From: Chrysomallon squamiferum
Taxonomy: Eukaryota > Animalia > Mollusca
DNA: 64,000 nucleotides
Assembly (NCBI GenBank): GCA_012295275.1
Contig: CM022675.1
Coordinates: forward strand, 3,596,001 to 3,660,000
Direction of reading: 5' to 3'
Shown here: positions 13,129 through 34,800 of the stretch, piece after piece
How positions within the stretch are numbered: the first letter of the stretch is position 1
Layout: each line of letters opens with the position of its first letter
Translations under genes and position numbers: made by a program
Notes under the pieces: model-generated
Database searches by the model: none
What the model saw: only the letters and a program-made list of their open reading frames with translations
What the model was told of the DNA's origin: nothing

Positions 13129-13396
13129 ATTCCACAAGTTTATCTTGTCTGTTAGCAGTAATAATCTTTTATGTGAACCTTTTCACGGGCAGGAGAAAAT
13201 ATCATGGTTAATGATTAATTAATTCTGGAACACTGGTTGGAATTAAAAAAAGGATAATAGCCACTGAAAAGAACTGATCTTGCAAACCATAAAACTCAAG
13301 TTTATATGTTTTTAATATTGATTCCTTCGTAAAAGAGTATTTTATATCATGACATATTTTAAAATTAAGAATAATTTTAGTATTGCTTTTTTTTTT

Positions 13397-13434
<38 letters not shown>

Positions 13435-14140
13435 AAACTAGAATTTTCAAATGAGAGAGAGAAACAAAACTAGAGTTTTATTTCATATTTTTTATTTATA
13501 AAAATATCTTTTACAGTGATTAACAATACAAATCACAGATATATTTTGGAATGCAAACAAATGGGAAACAAAACAAAACAGTAAATGTAGAAAAATAAAA
13601 TTTGTAGTAACCTGATTTTTAAAACAAATGCTAAAACTTAAAACAAAACTTAAAGAAGAAAAAACAGCATAAAACTAGTTATTTTACTTGATGTACAAAA
13701 CTATTTTATAACAAAACTATTAAATACTTTGCTGCTAAACAAATCAATTAATATCAAGAAGATAAAACAAACTAAGAAAGTCAAAACAGATCTCTAAACA
13801 TAATTTTGACAAAGGCAAGAAGTATAAAAACAAATATTTAAAGTAAAATCTATAAAATTATTTATATACAACCATTTTCTGCAAACTAAGTATAATACTA
13901 TTTACTCCATTCCATGTAATTCATTCGTAACTCCTCCCATCTATCCATCATCATGTCAGTGAATACTAAGCTCCCCCCCACAAACAACTACTCGTTATAT
14001 TAAATTAAATTAACACTACCCACATCTTCAGAATAATTCCATGACAATAAAAAATTGTCCCTCTTACAAAATAATATTTTTATCATAATGTCAATCAAAG
14101 GTCTGCTCCACCTACATACATTCCCAGAATTCCTCAGTGT

Positions 14141-22170
<8,030 letters not shown>

Positions 22171-22235
22171 GTTGTTACTGTGAACTTTGACACGGAACAA
22201 TATAGTCACGTGACATTTTTGTCCGTCATCTAGAT
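22171..22235 (-). promoter_or_regulatory. Putative proximal promoter/5' leader of the DAZAP2-like gene with a palindromic E-box
   Basis: gtcacgtgac at 22205-22214 lies ~35 nt upstream of the ATG. The region is locally CpG-enriched. Confidence 0.4.
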
Positions 22236-22344
22236 ACTTCATTAGTAAATGTATACTTTGCATACAAGTGTTAAGACAGTTTAAGGACATTACGTTTGTA
22301 AATAGAAAATTGGCTAAAATATTTGATATAATTTGTTGTCAAAG

Positions 22345-22383
<39 letters not shown>

Positions 22384-22497
22384 TTTGGTTTCTACTGTGT
22401 ACACATTTAACTCTCTTTTATGGAAAAGTAATGCATAATATGGATGTACAGTGAAAGTTATTTTGCGCAAAATTATGAATTGCTCGAAAGCTTTAAA

Positions 22498-22543
<46 letters not shown>

Positions 22544-23041
22544 TTACCGGTTCAAGCGTTATAATTAGCAATAATTTTAAGGGATATTTTTATATTTATC
22601 AGATTTTAAACTTTCTGAATTTCGATATGATTATTTGGGCCCATTAAATCTGCATTATAACAAAATAGCTTAAAAACTAATATTAATGGTGATTTATTTT
22701 TAGTTTTATTTAATATGTACTGCAATTCTGATTTTTTCTTTCTTTCTTTCTTTCTTTATTTTTTCCATTAGAATAGAAACAATGCATATTTTAAAATATT
22801 CATGCTAGGAAACTTTTTGCTGGGGTTTATATATATAAGCTAAAATTTAGGATTTCTTGTTTTTTGTTTTTGTTGTTGTTGTTGTTCTTCTTCTTCTTTA
22901 TCTTTTCTTTCTTGTTTTTGTTGTTGTTGTTCTAATGGTGATTTATTTTTATTTTTTAATATTTAATATGTACTGTAATTGGTTTTTTTTTTTTTTTTTT
23001 TCTTTTTCCATTTAGAATAGAAACAATGCATATTTTAAAAT

Positions 23042-23072
<31 letters not shown>

Positions 23073-23904
23073 TTATTATTATTACACGCCATACTTTTAG
23101 ATTCAAATTTCATATAGGTGTTCTTATTACTTAAATAACCTTATAAATAAAATCTTTGTTCCAGAATAACGAAAAATATTTTGCCTCTGAAACTGTCTTA
23201 AAAAAGAACGACAAATATGTGTTTATGCATATGGCATATGCTCTACTTACTAACAAGATATTGAAAATAGACCAAATGTTTCTGTCTATATTGAGCAGTA
23301 TAAATATTAATTTAATTTTATATTTATAGCATGCAGAAAGATATTAATTCATTGTGTCGTAACCTTTTCGGTAAATTAGTTTTACTTGTCAACGCAGACT
23401 GTACATAAATTGTGTAAATAAGGTGTTCTGATCAAATATACCAAACGATTATGCTCGCGATCAGTACAATCACGTGACCTCAAGTTTCAGTCAGACGACA
23501 AAGGGTTTCGCCAAAAGCAAACAAATGAGCTAAAAATAAAACATATTTTAAAACTGTATGGTTTGCTGTCATCGAACAAAAATAGATGTTATTGTAAATT
23601 ACGCAAAAAAGCATTAAAACAAATAAAAACAACGACATTTAATTATACAATATTTATTATGGAAGTATAATAATTGATAAAAAGATTGGTTTTCAGATTT
23701 GTCTGAAAAACACTAAGATCAACAAGAAAATATAACCTCAAAAATATTATTAACTTTAAACTAAAATTTAAATAGTATATATACATATACATACACACAC
23801 ACGCACACACACATACACACACACACACAAATACAGATGCATAATTAATTCTTATTTTAACACAAATCCATGCCATATTGTTATACATATGGTAATTGTT
23901 AGTG

Positions 23905-26900
23905 TGAGAGTTCACCCAGTAACTAGTAGCATCAGATGGTTCACACGGTAACTATTAGTGTCAAATGGTTCACACAGTAACTATTTGTTCAGAGGTCACA
24001 CGGTAACTATTTGTCCAGAGGTCACACGGTAACTATTTGTCCAGAGGTCACACGGTAACTATTAATGTCAGAGGTCACACGGTAACTATTAGTGTCAGAT
24101 GGTTAAGACGGTAACTATTAGTGTCAGGTGGTTCACATGGTAACTATTAGTGTCAGACGGTTTACACGGTAACTGTTAATAACAGAGTTCACCCAGTAAC
24201 TATCAGTGTCAGAGTTCACACAGTAACTATTAGTGTCAGAATTCACACGGTTACTATTAGTGTCAGAGTCCACACAGTAACTATTACTGTCAGTAAGCTA
24301 ACCCAATAACTATTAGTGTCACAGTTCACACAGTAACTATTAGTGTCAGAGATCACACAGTAACTATTAGTGTCAGATAGTTAACATGGTAACTATTACT
24401 GTCACATTTCATACGGTCACTCTTAGGGTCAGCGTTCACAGGTCACCGTCGGTGTAAGAGTTCACATTGTAACTATTACTGTCAAGAGTTCGAATGGTAA
24501 CTATTAGTGACAGTTCACATGGGAACTTTTAGTGTCACATTTTACACAGTAACTATTCGTATCAGCTGGTTCACATGGTAACTATTAGTGTCCGATGGTT
24601 AACACAGTAACTACTAGTCTCAGATGGTTCACACGGTAACTATTCGTTTCAGATCGTTCACACAGTAACTGTTGTGTCTGATAGTTAACACGGTAACTAT
24701 TAGTGTCATAGTTCACATGGTATTTGTAACTTTTAGTGTCACATTTCAGTCACTATTAGTGTCAGCGTTAACGCGATCACCGTCAATGTCAGAGTTCACA
24801 CAGTAACTATTAGTGTCAGAGTTCAAACAGTAATTATTAGTGCCAGAGTTCAAAAGGTAACTATTAGTGTCAGATGGTTCATTTACAGTAAGTTCACAAA
24901 ATATTTGAGAATTTTACAAGTTCTGTAACCGAGTATCAGTTTAAAGAGAAAATACCATTTCAGATAATTTGCATTGTAACTCTTGATATCAAGGTTTACA
25001 TAGTAAATATGGTTAATATTACTGTCAGATAGTTAACATGGTAACTATTAGTGTCAGATTTTACACGGTAAGTATTAGTGTCAGATTTTACACGGTAACT
25101 ATTAGTGTCACATTTTACACGGTAATTATTAGTGTCACATTTTACACGGTAACTATTAGTGTCACATTTTACACGGTAATTATTAGTGTCACATTTTACA
25201 CGGTAACTAGTGTCAGCTGGTGTCACATGGTAACTATTAGCGTCTGATGGTTAACACAGTAACTATTAGTGTCAGATGGTTCACGTGGTAACTATTAGGT
25301 CACATTTCACAGGGTAACTACTAGTGTAAGAGGTCACACAGTAACTATCAGTATCACATTTTAAATGGTAACTATTACTGTCAGCTGGTTCACATGGTAA
25401 CTATTAGTGTTTGGTGGTTAACACAGTTACCATTAGTGTCAGATGGTTCACATGGTAACTATTAGGTCACATTTCACAGGATAACTATTAGTGTCAGAGG
25501 TCACACAGTAACTATTAGTGTCAGCGGTCACACAGTAACTTTTAGTGTCAGCGGTCACATAGTAACTATTAGTGTCAGAGGTCACACAGTAACTATTGGT
25601 GTCAGAGGTCACACAGTAACTATTAGTGGCAGCGGTCACGTAGTAACTATTAGTGTCAGAGGTCACACAGTAACTATTAATGTCAGGTCACGTAGTAACT
25701 ATTAGTGTCAGAGATCACACAGTAACTATTTAATGTCAGAGGTCACGTAGTAACTATTTGTGTCAGAGGTCACACAGTAACTATTAATGTCAGCACTCAC
25801 CATTAGTATCAAATGCTTCACTTGATAACTATTAGTGTCAGATGGTTCATTTACTGTCAGTTCACAAAGTAATTATAAGTTCACAAAATATTTGAGAATT
25901 TTACAAGTTCTGTAACCAAGTATCAGTTTACATAGAAAAGACCATTTCAGATAATTTATATGGTAACTCTTAATATTAGTGTCAGAGGTCACACAGTAAA
26001 TATTGGTGTCAGAGGTCACACAGTAACTATTAGTGACAGCGGTCACACAGTAACTATTAGTGTCAGAGGTCACACAGTAACTATTAGTGTCAGAGGTCAC
26101 GTAGTAACTATTAGTGTCAGAGGTCAGAGGTCACACAGTAACTATTATTAATGTCAGTAACTATTAATGTCAGGTCACTCACCGTAGTAACTATTATTAG
26201 TAACTAAATGTCAGCACTCACCATTAGTATCAAATGCTTCACTTGATAACTATTAGTGTCAGATGGTTCATTTACTGTCAGTTCACAAAGTAATTATAAG
26301 TTCACAAAATTTTACAATTTCTGTAACCAAGTATCAGTTTACATAGAAAAGACCATTTCAGATAATTTATATGGTAACTCTTAATATTAGTGTCAGAGGT
26401 CACACAGTAAATATTGGTGTCAGAGGTCACACAGTAACTATTAGTGGCAGCGGTCACACAGTAACTATTAGTGTCAGAGGTCACACAGTAACTATTAGTG
26501 TCAGAGGTCACACAGTAACTATTAGTGTCAGAGGTCACACAGTAACTATTAGTGTCAGAGGTCACGTAGTAACTATTAGTGTCAGAGGTCACACAGTAAC
26601 TATTAATGTCAGCACTCACCATTAGTATCAAATGCTTCACTTGATAACTATTAGTGTCAGATGGTTCATTTACTGTCAGTTCACAAAGTAATTATAAGTT
26701 CACAAAATATTTGAGAATTTTACAAGTTCAGTAACCCAGTATCAGTTTACATAGAAAAGACCATTTCAGATAATTTATATGGTAACTCTTAATATCAACG
26801 TTTACATAGCAAATATTGGTGTCAGAGAGTTTACAAAGTAACTATCAGTACGTTAGTGTCGATTCATTAAGCAAGTACTGGTGAATTGAATGAGTGCTGC

Positions 26901-29450
26901 GATTATTTTAAGTTTACACAGTAACTAGAAGCGTCAAATACTTCACATGGTAACTATTAGTGTCACATAGTTCACATGGTCACTATTAGTGTCAAATAGT
27001 TCACATGGTAACTATTAGTGTCACATAGTTCACATGGTCACTATTAGTGTCACAAAACATAATTTTCACATGGTATCAGTTTACATAGAAAAGACCATTT
27101 CACATAGTTCACATGGTAACTATTAGTGTCACATCGTTCACATGGTAACTATTAGTGTCACATAGTTCACATTGTCACTATTAGTGTCAATAGTTCACAT
27201 GGTAACTATTAGTGTCACTTAGTTCACATGGTAACTATTAGTGTCACATAGTTCTCATGGTCACTATTAGTGTCACACAGTTCACATGGTAACTATTAGT
27301 GTCACATCGTTCACATGGTAACTATTAGGATCACATAGTTCACATGGTAACTATTAGTGTCACATAGTTCACATGGTAACTATTAGTGACACATAGTTCA
27401 CATGGTCACTATTAGTGTCACATAGTTCACATGGTAACTATTAGTGTCACATCGTTCACATGGTAACTATTAGTGACACATAGTTCACATGGTAACTATT
27501 AGTGTTACATCGTTCACATGGTAACTATTAGTGTCATATCGTTCACATGGTAACTATTAGTGTGAGCGTTCACACAGAAACCATTAGTGTCAGATGGTTC
27601 ACGTAGTAACTATTAATGTCAGAGTTCACATAGTAACTATTAGTGTCAGCGTTCTAGCGGTCACCGTCAGTGTCAGAGTTCAAGCAGTAACTGTCAGTGT
27701 CAGAGTTCACTGTAAATAGTGTCAGGTGGTTCACACAGTAACTGTAAGTAGTGTCAGAGTTTACACAGTAATTGTCAGATAGTTCACATGGTAACTGTTA
27801 GTGTCAGAGTTTACCCACAAACTAGTGGCATCAAAGTTTTCACAGTAACTGTTAGTTCACTTAGTATCTCTTAATGTCAGTTGACAACTATTGAACATTT
27901 TGTAACTACTAGTGTCAGTTCGGAAAATGTTTGAAAATTTACAAATATCAGTTCACAGAATAATTATTTAGTAACTATACAGTATCAAAAATTACACAGT
28001 AACATTTACTGTCAGTTCACAAAACTTTGAAAATTTTACAAGTTCTGTAACCAAGTATCAGTTTAAACAGAAAAGACCATTTCAGATCATTTATATGGTA
28101 ACTCTTAGTATCAAGGTTTACATAGTAAATATTGGTGTCAGAGTTTACATGGTAACTGTCAGTTTCATGGTTTACACAGTACCAGTTTTTTAATCAAGTA
28201 CTAATAACAGTTCACAAATGGGTTGAATAAACATGGTAATTCTTAATGTCAAATGTCTTAGTTCACACAGTAACCATTAACGTGAGTTCACAGATTGTTG
28301 AAAATTTAAATAATTATCATTTGAGATAACTTACATAGTAACTGTCAGTGTCATTTCACACAGTAATATGTTGTGCCATTTAACACAATAGCTATTAGTA
28401 TCAGGATGTTCTCACAATAACTATTAATATCAATATTAATATCAAAGTTTATGAACAACTATTAGTACAAGTTAGTTTATACAATGGCTATTAGAATGAG
28501 ATAATTCACACAACAGATACTAGCATAAGATAGTTTATACATTGGCTATTAGCATGAGATAGTTCACACAAGAGCTACTAGCATAAGAGTTTATACACTG
28601 GCTATTAGTATAAGATAGTTTATACAATAGCTATTAGGATAAGGTAGTTCACACAACAGCTACTAGCATAAGATAGTTCACACGAGTCATAAGATTGTTT
28701 ATACAATAGTTATTGGTATAAGACAGTTTATAACATTTAGCATCATAGTTTATATATAGTAATTGTTAATGTCAGTTCACAAACTTTTAGTGTGAGTTTA
28801 CATGGTAAGTATTAATATCAGATATTTCAGACAATGATAGCTTTGCATAGTAACTTTAAGGATCATAATTATTAGCAGTAATAACATGACATTTCAGATA
28901 GTTCACACAATAATACTGTCAGGTAGTTTTTCAAAAACATTTTCACACAATAGCTATTAGTCAGTTCACCCAGATGTTGGTGTCAGTTTACAAAGTAAAC
29001 ATTAGCATCAGATCTTTTTCATATTAAGTGTGCTCATGAAATATTTTGCAAAATAACTTTTAGTGTCATGGTTTACACAGTGTCAGATAGTTCAAACTGT
29101 TTACATGGTAATTGTGTCAGTTCAATAATTAATGTCACATTAATAATTAATGACAGGTGAGAAATTTATCACAATAATTACTACCATTAGAAATTTTGCA
29201 TATTAACTATCAATGTCATATATTTTGAAACAGATCACACATCAGTTATTTATGCTGTATTTTTCTGTTACTATTCTTGTCATAATTCACACAATCCATT
29301 TCAATGTCAGTTCACCCAATAATATTAGTTTACACAGTAATTTGTAATGATGGATGGTTCACACAGTAACTAATAGTGTCAGTTCACAAAATAACTATTA
29401 TGATCAGTTCACACAGTGACTATTGCTGTCATAGTTCACAATAAATAAAA
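23905..29450. repeat. Minisatellite array, 27-29 bp unit (consensus ~gttcaca(c/t)(a/g)gtaactattagtgtcaga), with homogenised sub-arrays and higher-order blocks
   Basis: Well over 100 head-to-tail units. Sub-variants are gtcagaggtcacacagtaactattagt (25490-26600), gtcacatagttcacatggtaactattagt (26940-27560) and ataagatagtttatacaatagctattag (28470-28740). A ~100 bp block containing gagaattttacaagttctgtaacc...gaaaagaccatttcagat recurs at ~24890, 25880, 26300, 26700 and 28015. The array decays toward 29450. Confidence 0.95.
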
Positions 29451-30158
29451 TATGTCTACACAAAATTTTAAAAATGCTGCAGTAACTGCAACATACATAT
29501 TTGCTATTTACAATCAAATGTTTCATATATGTACAATGAAAACAAATACATTTAACTTTTATTAAATTTATTTCTGATTTATATAATAATAATAAAATTA
29601 ATAATAAAAACTAATGAAAGTATATTAGTATGATATACTTCTTTATTAAAAGAATTAATATGAACTTCAAACTTTAGAAACATTATTTACAAATATTTTA
29701 AGTCATCAATGAAGTTAAAATTAAAATTAATTTTTATATGAAAATTTAAACACAACATCAATTATTACTCCATAACTGAAGTAACAAATTACAGTTAAAT
29801 CTGTATTAACAAATATTAAATGCAACATTACAAATTGTCAAAGATGTTTTTAAAAATTTAGTAACATTAATATATTTTAATCATAAGAGATAATTAAATA
29901 TTATTCTTTTTCATGTAATTGTTCCATCCATTTTGAGAATAAGATTTTTTTCATAAATACCAGAGTATTTCGTGCCCTAAACCTGAATATTATCACAGAG
30001 GCAATACATTTTTTTCTTTATATTGCTCCATCAATTAAAAAAACAATAAATTAATTAACAACAACTAATTTACAAAATTTGGGTCAGTCAACAAATAATG
30101 AATGTTGATTTGCTCAGAAGAATCAAAAATGACTGAATGCTGCTCCTCCCACTGTCAA

Positions 30159-31794
30159 TCACCAGAATGTAGTCCCACCTCCAGTTCCTCCTGTCAGCCA
30201 ACTGGCAGGTTTCTGTGTGCCAATCACAGTGTTGCCCTGCATGGCATAGAGCTGAGCTCCTGTAGGAGCAACACCAGGGGGTGGGGGCTAGAAAATAAAT
30301 AAATAAATAAATAATAACAAAATAATGATAGTAACAATGACAACAGTATAAAAATAACCATGATATTAAGAACAGCAACAATACTAATCATATAACATTT
30401 TTTATTATTATTATTAAAATTAATAATAATGACAAATAAAATAAAATGTTACCTGATAATTCAATTAAAAAAATACTGGTATTATATATAATCAATGGTA
30501 TCTGGTTAAAATAGAAAATTGTTAAACAACTATTTTTTATTTATTTATTATTTTTTTAAACAGATGGATGTGTTCTCAGAAACAAAATGGAATATTTTTA
30601 TTTTCAATTTAAACATTAAAAACATTAATATTATTTGAATGTAATAGGAAGAAATAACATTACTATAATATTCTAGGATTATTATTATTATTAATACTAT
30701 TATAAGAAATTTTATATATTAATGAAAAAAAAAAAATTGTTAGTACATGTAAACTTATATTTTATGGCCAGTTCACATCTTTTTATTATTTTTATTTTTG
30801 TTATACTGTAATATGTAAATCTCTATAATGCAAATAATAATATAATAATTTCATCTAAATTATTAAACTGAGAACAATATAAATGTAAAATTTGAGAGCA
30901 TTTGATACAAACAATAATTGTTAAAATGTTGTTAGCATTGGAATGTAAAATGTCCAGATGTAAAATATTTATCAATGAAATTTTTGACAAAAGAGATGTA
31001 AATTTAAAATTTATTATAAAATGAATTACTAACTAAAATATAAGGAAATCTATTCCTATACCAAATGTTTTTAATACCACAAAAAAAATAATGTTTAGCT
31101 GTATCTGTCTAAACAACTGAAAATATAATCAATAAGCTAATTTTTTAAGAAACTATATAAATTATAGCAAAGACAATTTTTAAACTCTAAACAGTTTGTG
31201 TATAGCAAGCCAATTGAAAACATTTGTTTAAACTAAGAAAATTTATTGTAAATGTCATTTTAATTATGTAAAACATTTTGTTTGTATAAAAACATGCATT
31301 CAAAATGTTTGTAAATGTATTGTAGATATAAATAGAAAAAATATATACTTTTTTATCGTAAGTGTAAATTATTTAATAATAACATCAATAAAATAAAGAA
31401 AAAATGTGTAAACAAGTGAATATAAATAAATATCTATCTGTTCACTATTTGTTGTTTTTTATGAAAAATATAAACAAAAACATTTTATCTGAACTGTCAT
31501 GTACAATATTTTGCTTTCAAAACATGAACAAAGTTACGAGTTCATGACACTAAACTTTTAACAAACAACAACTTTTTATACCTAAACCTCACAGATCTAA
31601 TACCACTTTTTAAACATCCAAAACTAATACAGAAATACCCAAAAATGTAAGCTTCATCTAAAAAACGATTTTAAAACTGAACTAAACAAATTGAACTAAA
31701 AATTACTTTTTAATATGAGGCACTATTAACATCAGGTTTAAAAAAGAAGAAAAAAGAACAAGCTGGTATGAAACACTGTTAAAAAAAGGCTTAA

Positions 31795-31840
<46 letters not shown>

Positions 31841-34800
31841 GTAATAATAACCATTACAATAATAACCCCAATGAATAGTATATATAGTATGTGTATATAT
31901 ATAGTAACCCAGTAAATATATAAATAAAACTTTTTTTTTTTTTTTAAACATCTAACATTGAACTACATTTACCATTTCAAAAATTTCATTATAACAATAC
32001 AAAAATAATATTCTGCTAAACTTGCACATAACATGCAAACAACTGACAATAATAAAACATTACACAAGCATTTTATTTTTGATTTTGCCTCCCCATAATC
32101 TTCTGTGTCAAAGCTGACGACAAGCGGAAATGTTTTTTCCAAGTCGGCCATTTTCTATTGTACAAAGTTCTCTTGCTGTCTGCAATGAAGGTCAAGGTCA
32201 CTGATAATAATCAGGATCACAGTGAAAGGCATGATTTTAAAATGATTAATTAATAATAATATTAACAGTAATAATAACAACAATAAATAATAAAATTTAT
32301 TGTGGGTCTTTGACCCACTAGTTCCTTTAATATTACTAATGGATACTGGTTATGACATAAACAACACTAATGTGTCTTCTATTTGATGCAGTGATTGACC
32401 ACCTAATTTATCTAAACCTCTAATATCTATTTTCCCATCTGTAAAATATAAAGGATCCTTTGCTGCCCAGTGAAAAAATGATGGTATCAACAACAAAAAA
32501 ATCTATCTCAGAAATGAGAAATAAAAAAAATAATTTCTTCAACACCTCTTAGTTGTTAATTCAAAATGTTATTAAAACTGACCATCAGAAATTGCCTCTT
32601 TTCAGTTAACACAAACTGAATAAACTCATAAATATATACATAGTTGTATTTTAAGTTTTTAAATATAATTTGACAGGTGATACACTCAGTGATATATTTT
32701 TGCACTCAGATATCAATTAACAGAATAAAAAAAAAATACAGAGAAGGAATGCAAGTGATGATATGTATGGAATAAAAATTGGAATTAACATTTATTGGTG
32801 CCCAAACAAAACATATCAACTATTATGTTGTAAATATGAAGTTAAGTTAAAGTTCAGTATGTATGTAATTAAAATCTAAATTAAAACTCAGTTCAAAAAA
32901 ATATCACACACACACACACACACAATAAAATGTTAAAATTAAAAAAGAAAATTTGAAAAAAAATTTGAAATAAAAAACAGTTATTGCAATTAATAAATGT
33001 CTCTCTAGTATCTTTAGTTATTATAAAGATAATTATCATCTAAAGTCAATCTCAAAGATAAACTCTTATAATCCAGAGCTAAGATAATTTTATTAAAGTT
33101 AAAATATATAAATGAATGATTAATAAAAACTCATACATAATTATTGCAATACAAAACTTGTTACTAACACTTACTACTAAATATATAAAATCTGTTAATA
33201 AATTATATTAGTTATTATCCCCAATTAATAAAAACATAGAAAAAATTAAAAAGAGTATCTGTTAATCGGTTATAGGTAAACTAGGGTATCGGGTGTTTTT
33301 ATTGTAAGAACTATGAAAGATTACACATATCAGTTGCAACGGTTTAATTTATCAAGACTAATGTTCGCAATACAGTTCAACAAAACAATACATATCTGAT
33401 AAAATGACCGTAAGATAAACATGAAAGAATGTTTATACAACAAGGAAGAAATATGTTATTTTTAAAAAGGTGTAAAATCTTACTGAAGAATGTAATGAAT
33501 ATAAATATTTACAGATAATTTATACAATTTTAATTTGTAATAAACACAAGGTAATAAACTCCATTCTTTCACAGAAAGTAATGTATAAATGTGTTGTATT
33601 CTTTTTCTCAATCACACAGGCACATGATAAAGCATGATTTGAGATATCATTTTAAAAAGACAAAAAATATATATATATAAAAATGATCCTATTTATATTA
33701 ATTTTTATCAAATATTTTCATCTAATTTTTATCCAATATTGAAACAATGGGAAGAAAACTTTAAAAAAAATATTTCTGAAATCAATTTTCACTTTTGATT
33801 ATTAAACATTTTGTACATTGTCTGATATTAAAAGTAACTGTACTGGCATTAAAATACTGGCTAGATGTTAAAGAAAATGTTTACTTCTAGGAAGTCAAAA
33901 ATAACTATTTAGTTCTGACCTTCCCTGTTTTAAATAACCAAACTGATATAACCATATTTTGATATAGCTGAGTTATTTACACGTTAGTGCAAATTCTGAT
34001 AAATCATTAATATACCTCCTGACTATTATATTACAAAAAGAGGGAAAAATGATGTAAGTAATTATCTTTTATGACCAATATTTATTATATAAAAAAAATA
34101 AAAATATAAAAATATTTTTAGACTCCAGATTAAAATAAATAAAAATGGAGGTATCTTATTGACTTCAAAATGTATAATATATTTTTAATGAGGTGGCGCG
34201 ATCAGATCTGCCTCATCATTTATATTACTTAAAATTCCTAACTGCATGTGCCCCACTAAAAACAGAAGTATATTTACTAGTTGTTACTTGAAACCACAAG
34301 TACATATTTAAATGAAATTATATAATGAATATAGAAAATATTTTTTATATGTACTTATTTTAATTTACATGAAACTTTAGAAAAAATGTCATACAAAACC
34401 TACAGAATATATTTTAACTATCAAAATTATATACAAAATATGGAATTTTTTTAAATTGGGTATTTTCTGAAATCTGTAGGAAATATGTAAGTATAATACA
34501 AAAAGTATTAAAGAAGATACTGAAGTGACATTACAGTATAAAAACTCACTAGATCCAAAAAAATATTTTATTATGCATTAAAATCATATACAAACCTACA
34601 GAATATGTAACTAGTTAATACACAAAAAAATATAAACAATATTTTAATAGGGTAGTTCATGAAATCTGTAGAAAATATGTTAATATAATACCAAAAAAAT
34701 TATAATAATAATACTTGAGTGACATGATAGTATAAATCATTAAATGAGTTTGAAATAGGCCTACCTAGATCCGAAAAATATTTTTCTGGGTATTAAAATG

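Noticed and set aside
25490-26600. RAG/Transib RSS-like heptamers (cacagta)
   Set aside because: The heptamer is imperfect and there is no ACAAAAACC nonamer at 12 or 23 bp spacing.
23905-29450. CRISPR-like array, or repeat-protein ORFs (VTSDTNSYC / HTVTISVRG)
   Set aside because: Units are head-to-tail with no unique spacers, there are no cas genes and the context is eukaryotic. The ORFs arise only because the 27-bp unit is a multiple of 3.
31969-32151. Independent 60-aa gene MADLEKTFPL...
   Set aside because: The second half drifts into AT-rich low-information sequence. The island is better explained as a candidate DAZAP2 alternative exon read in another frame.
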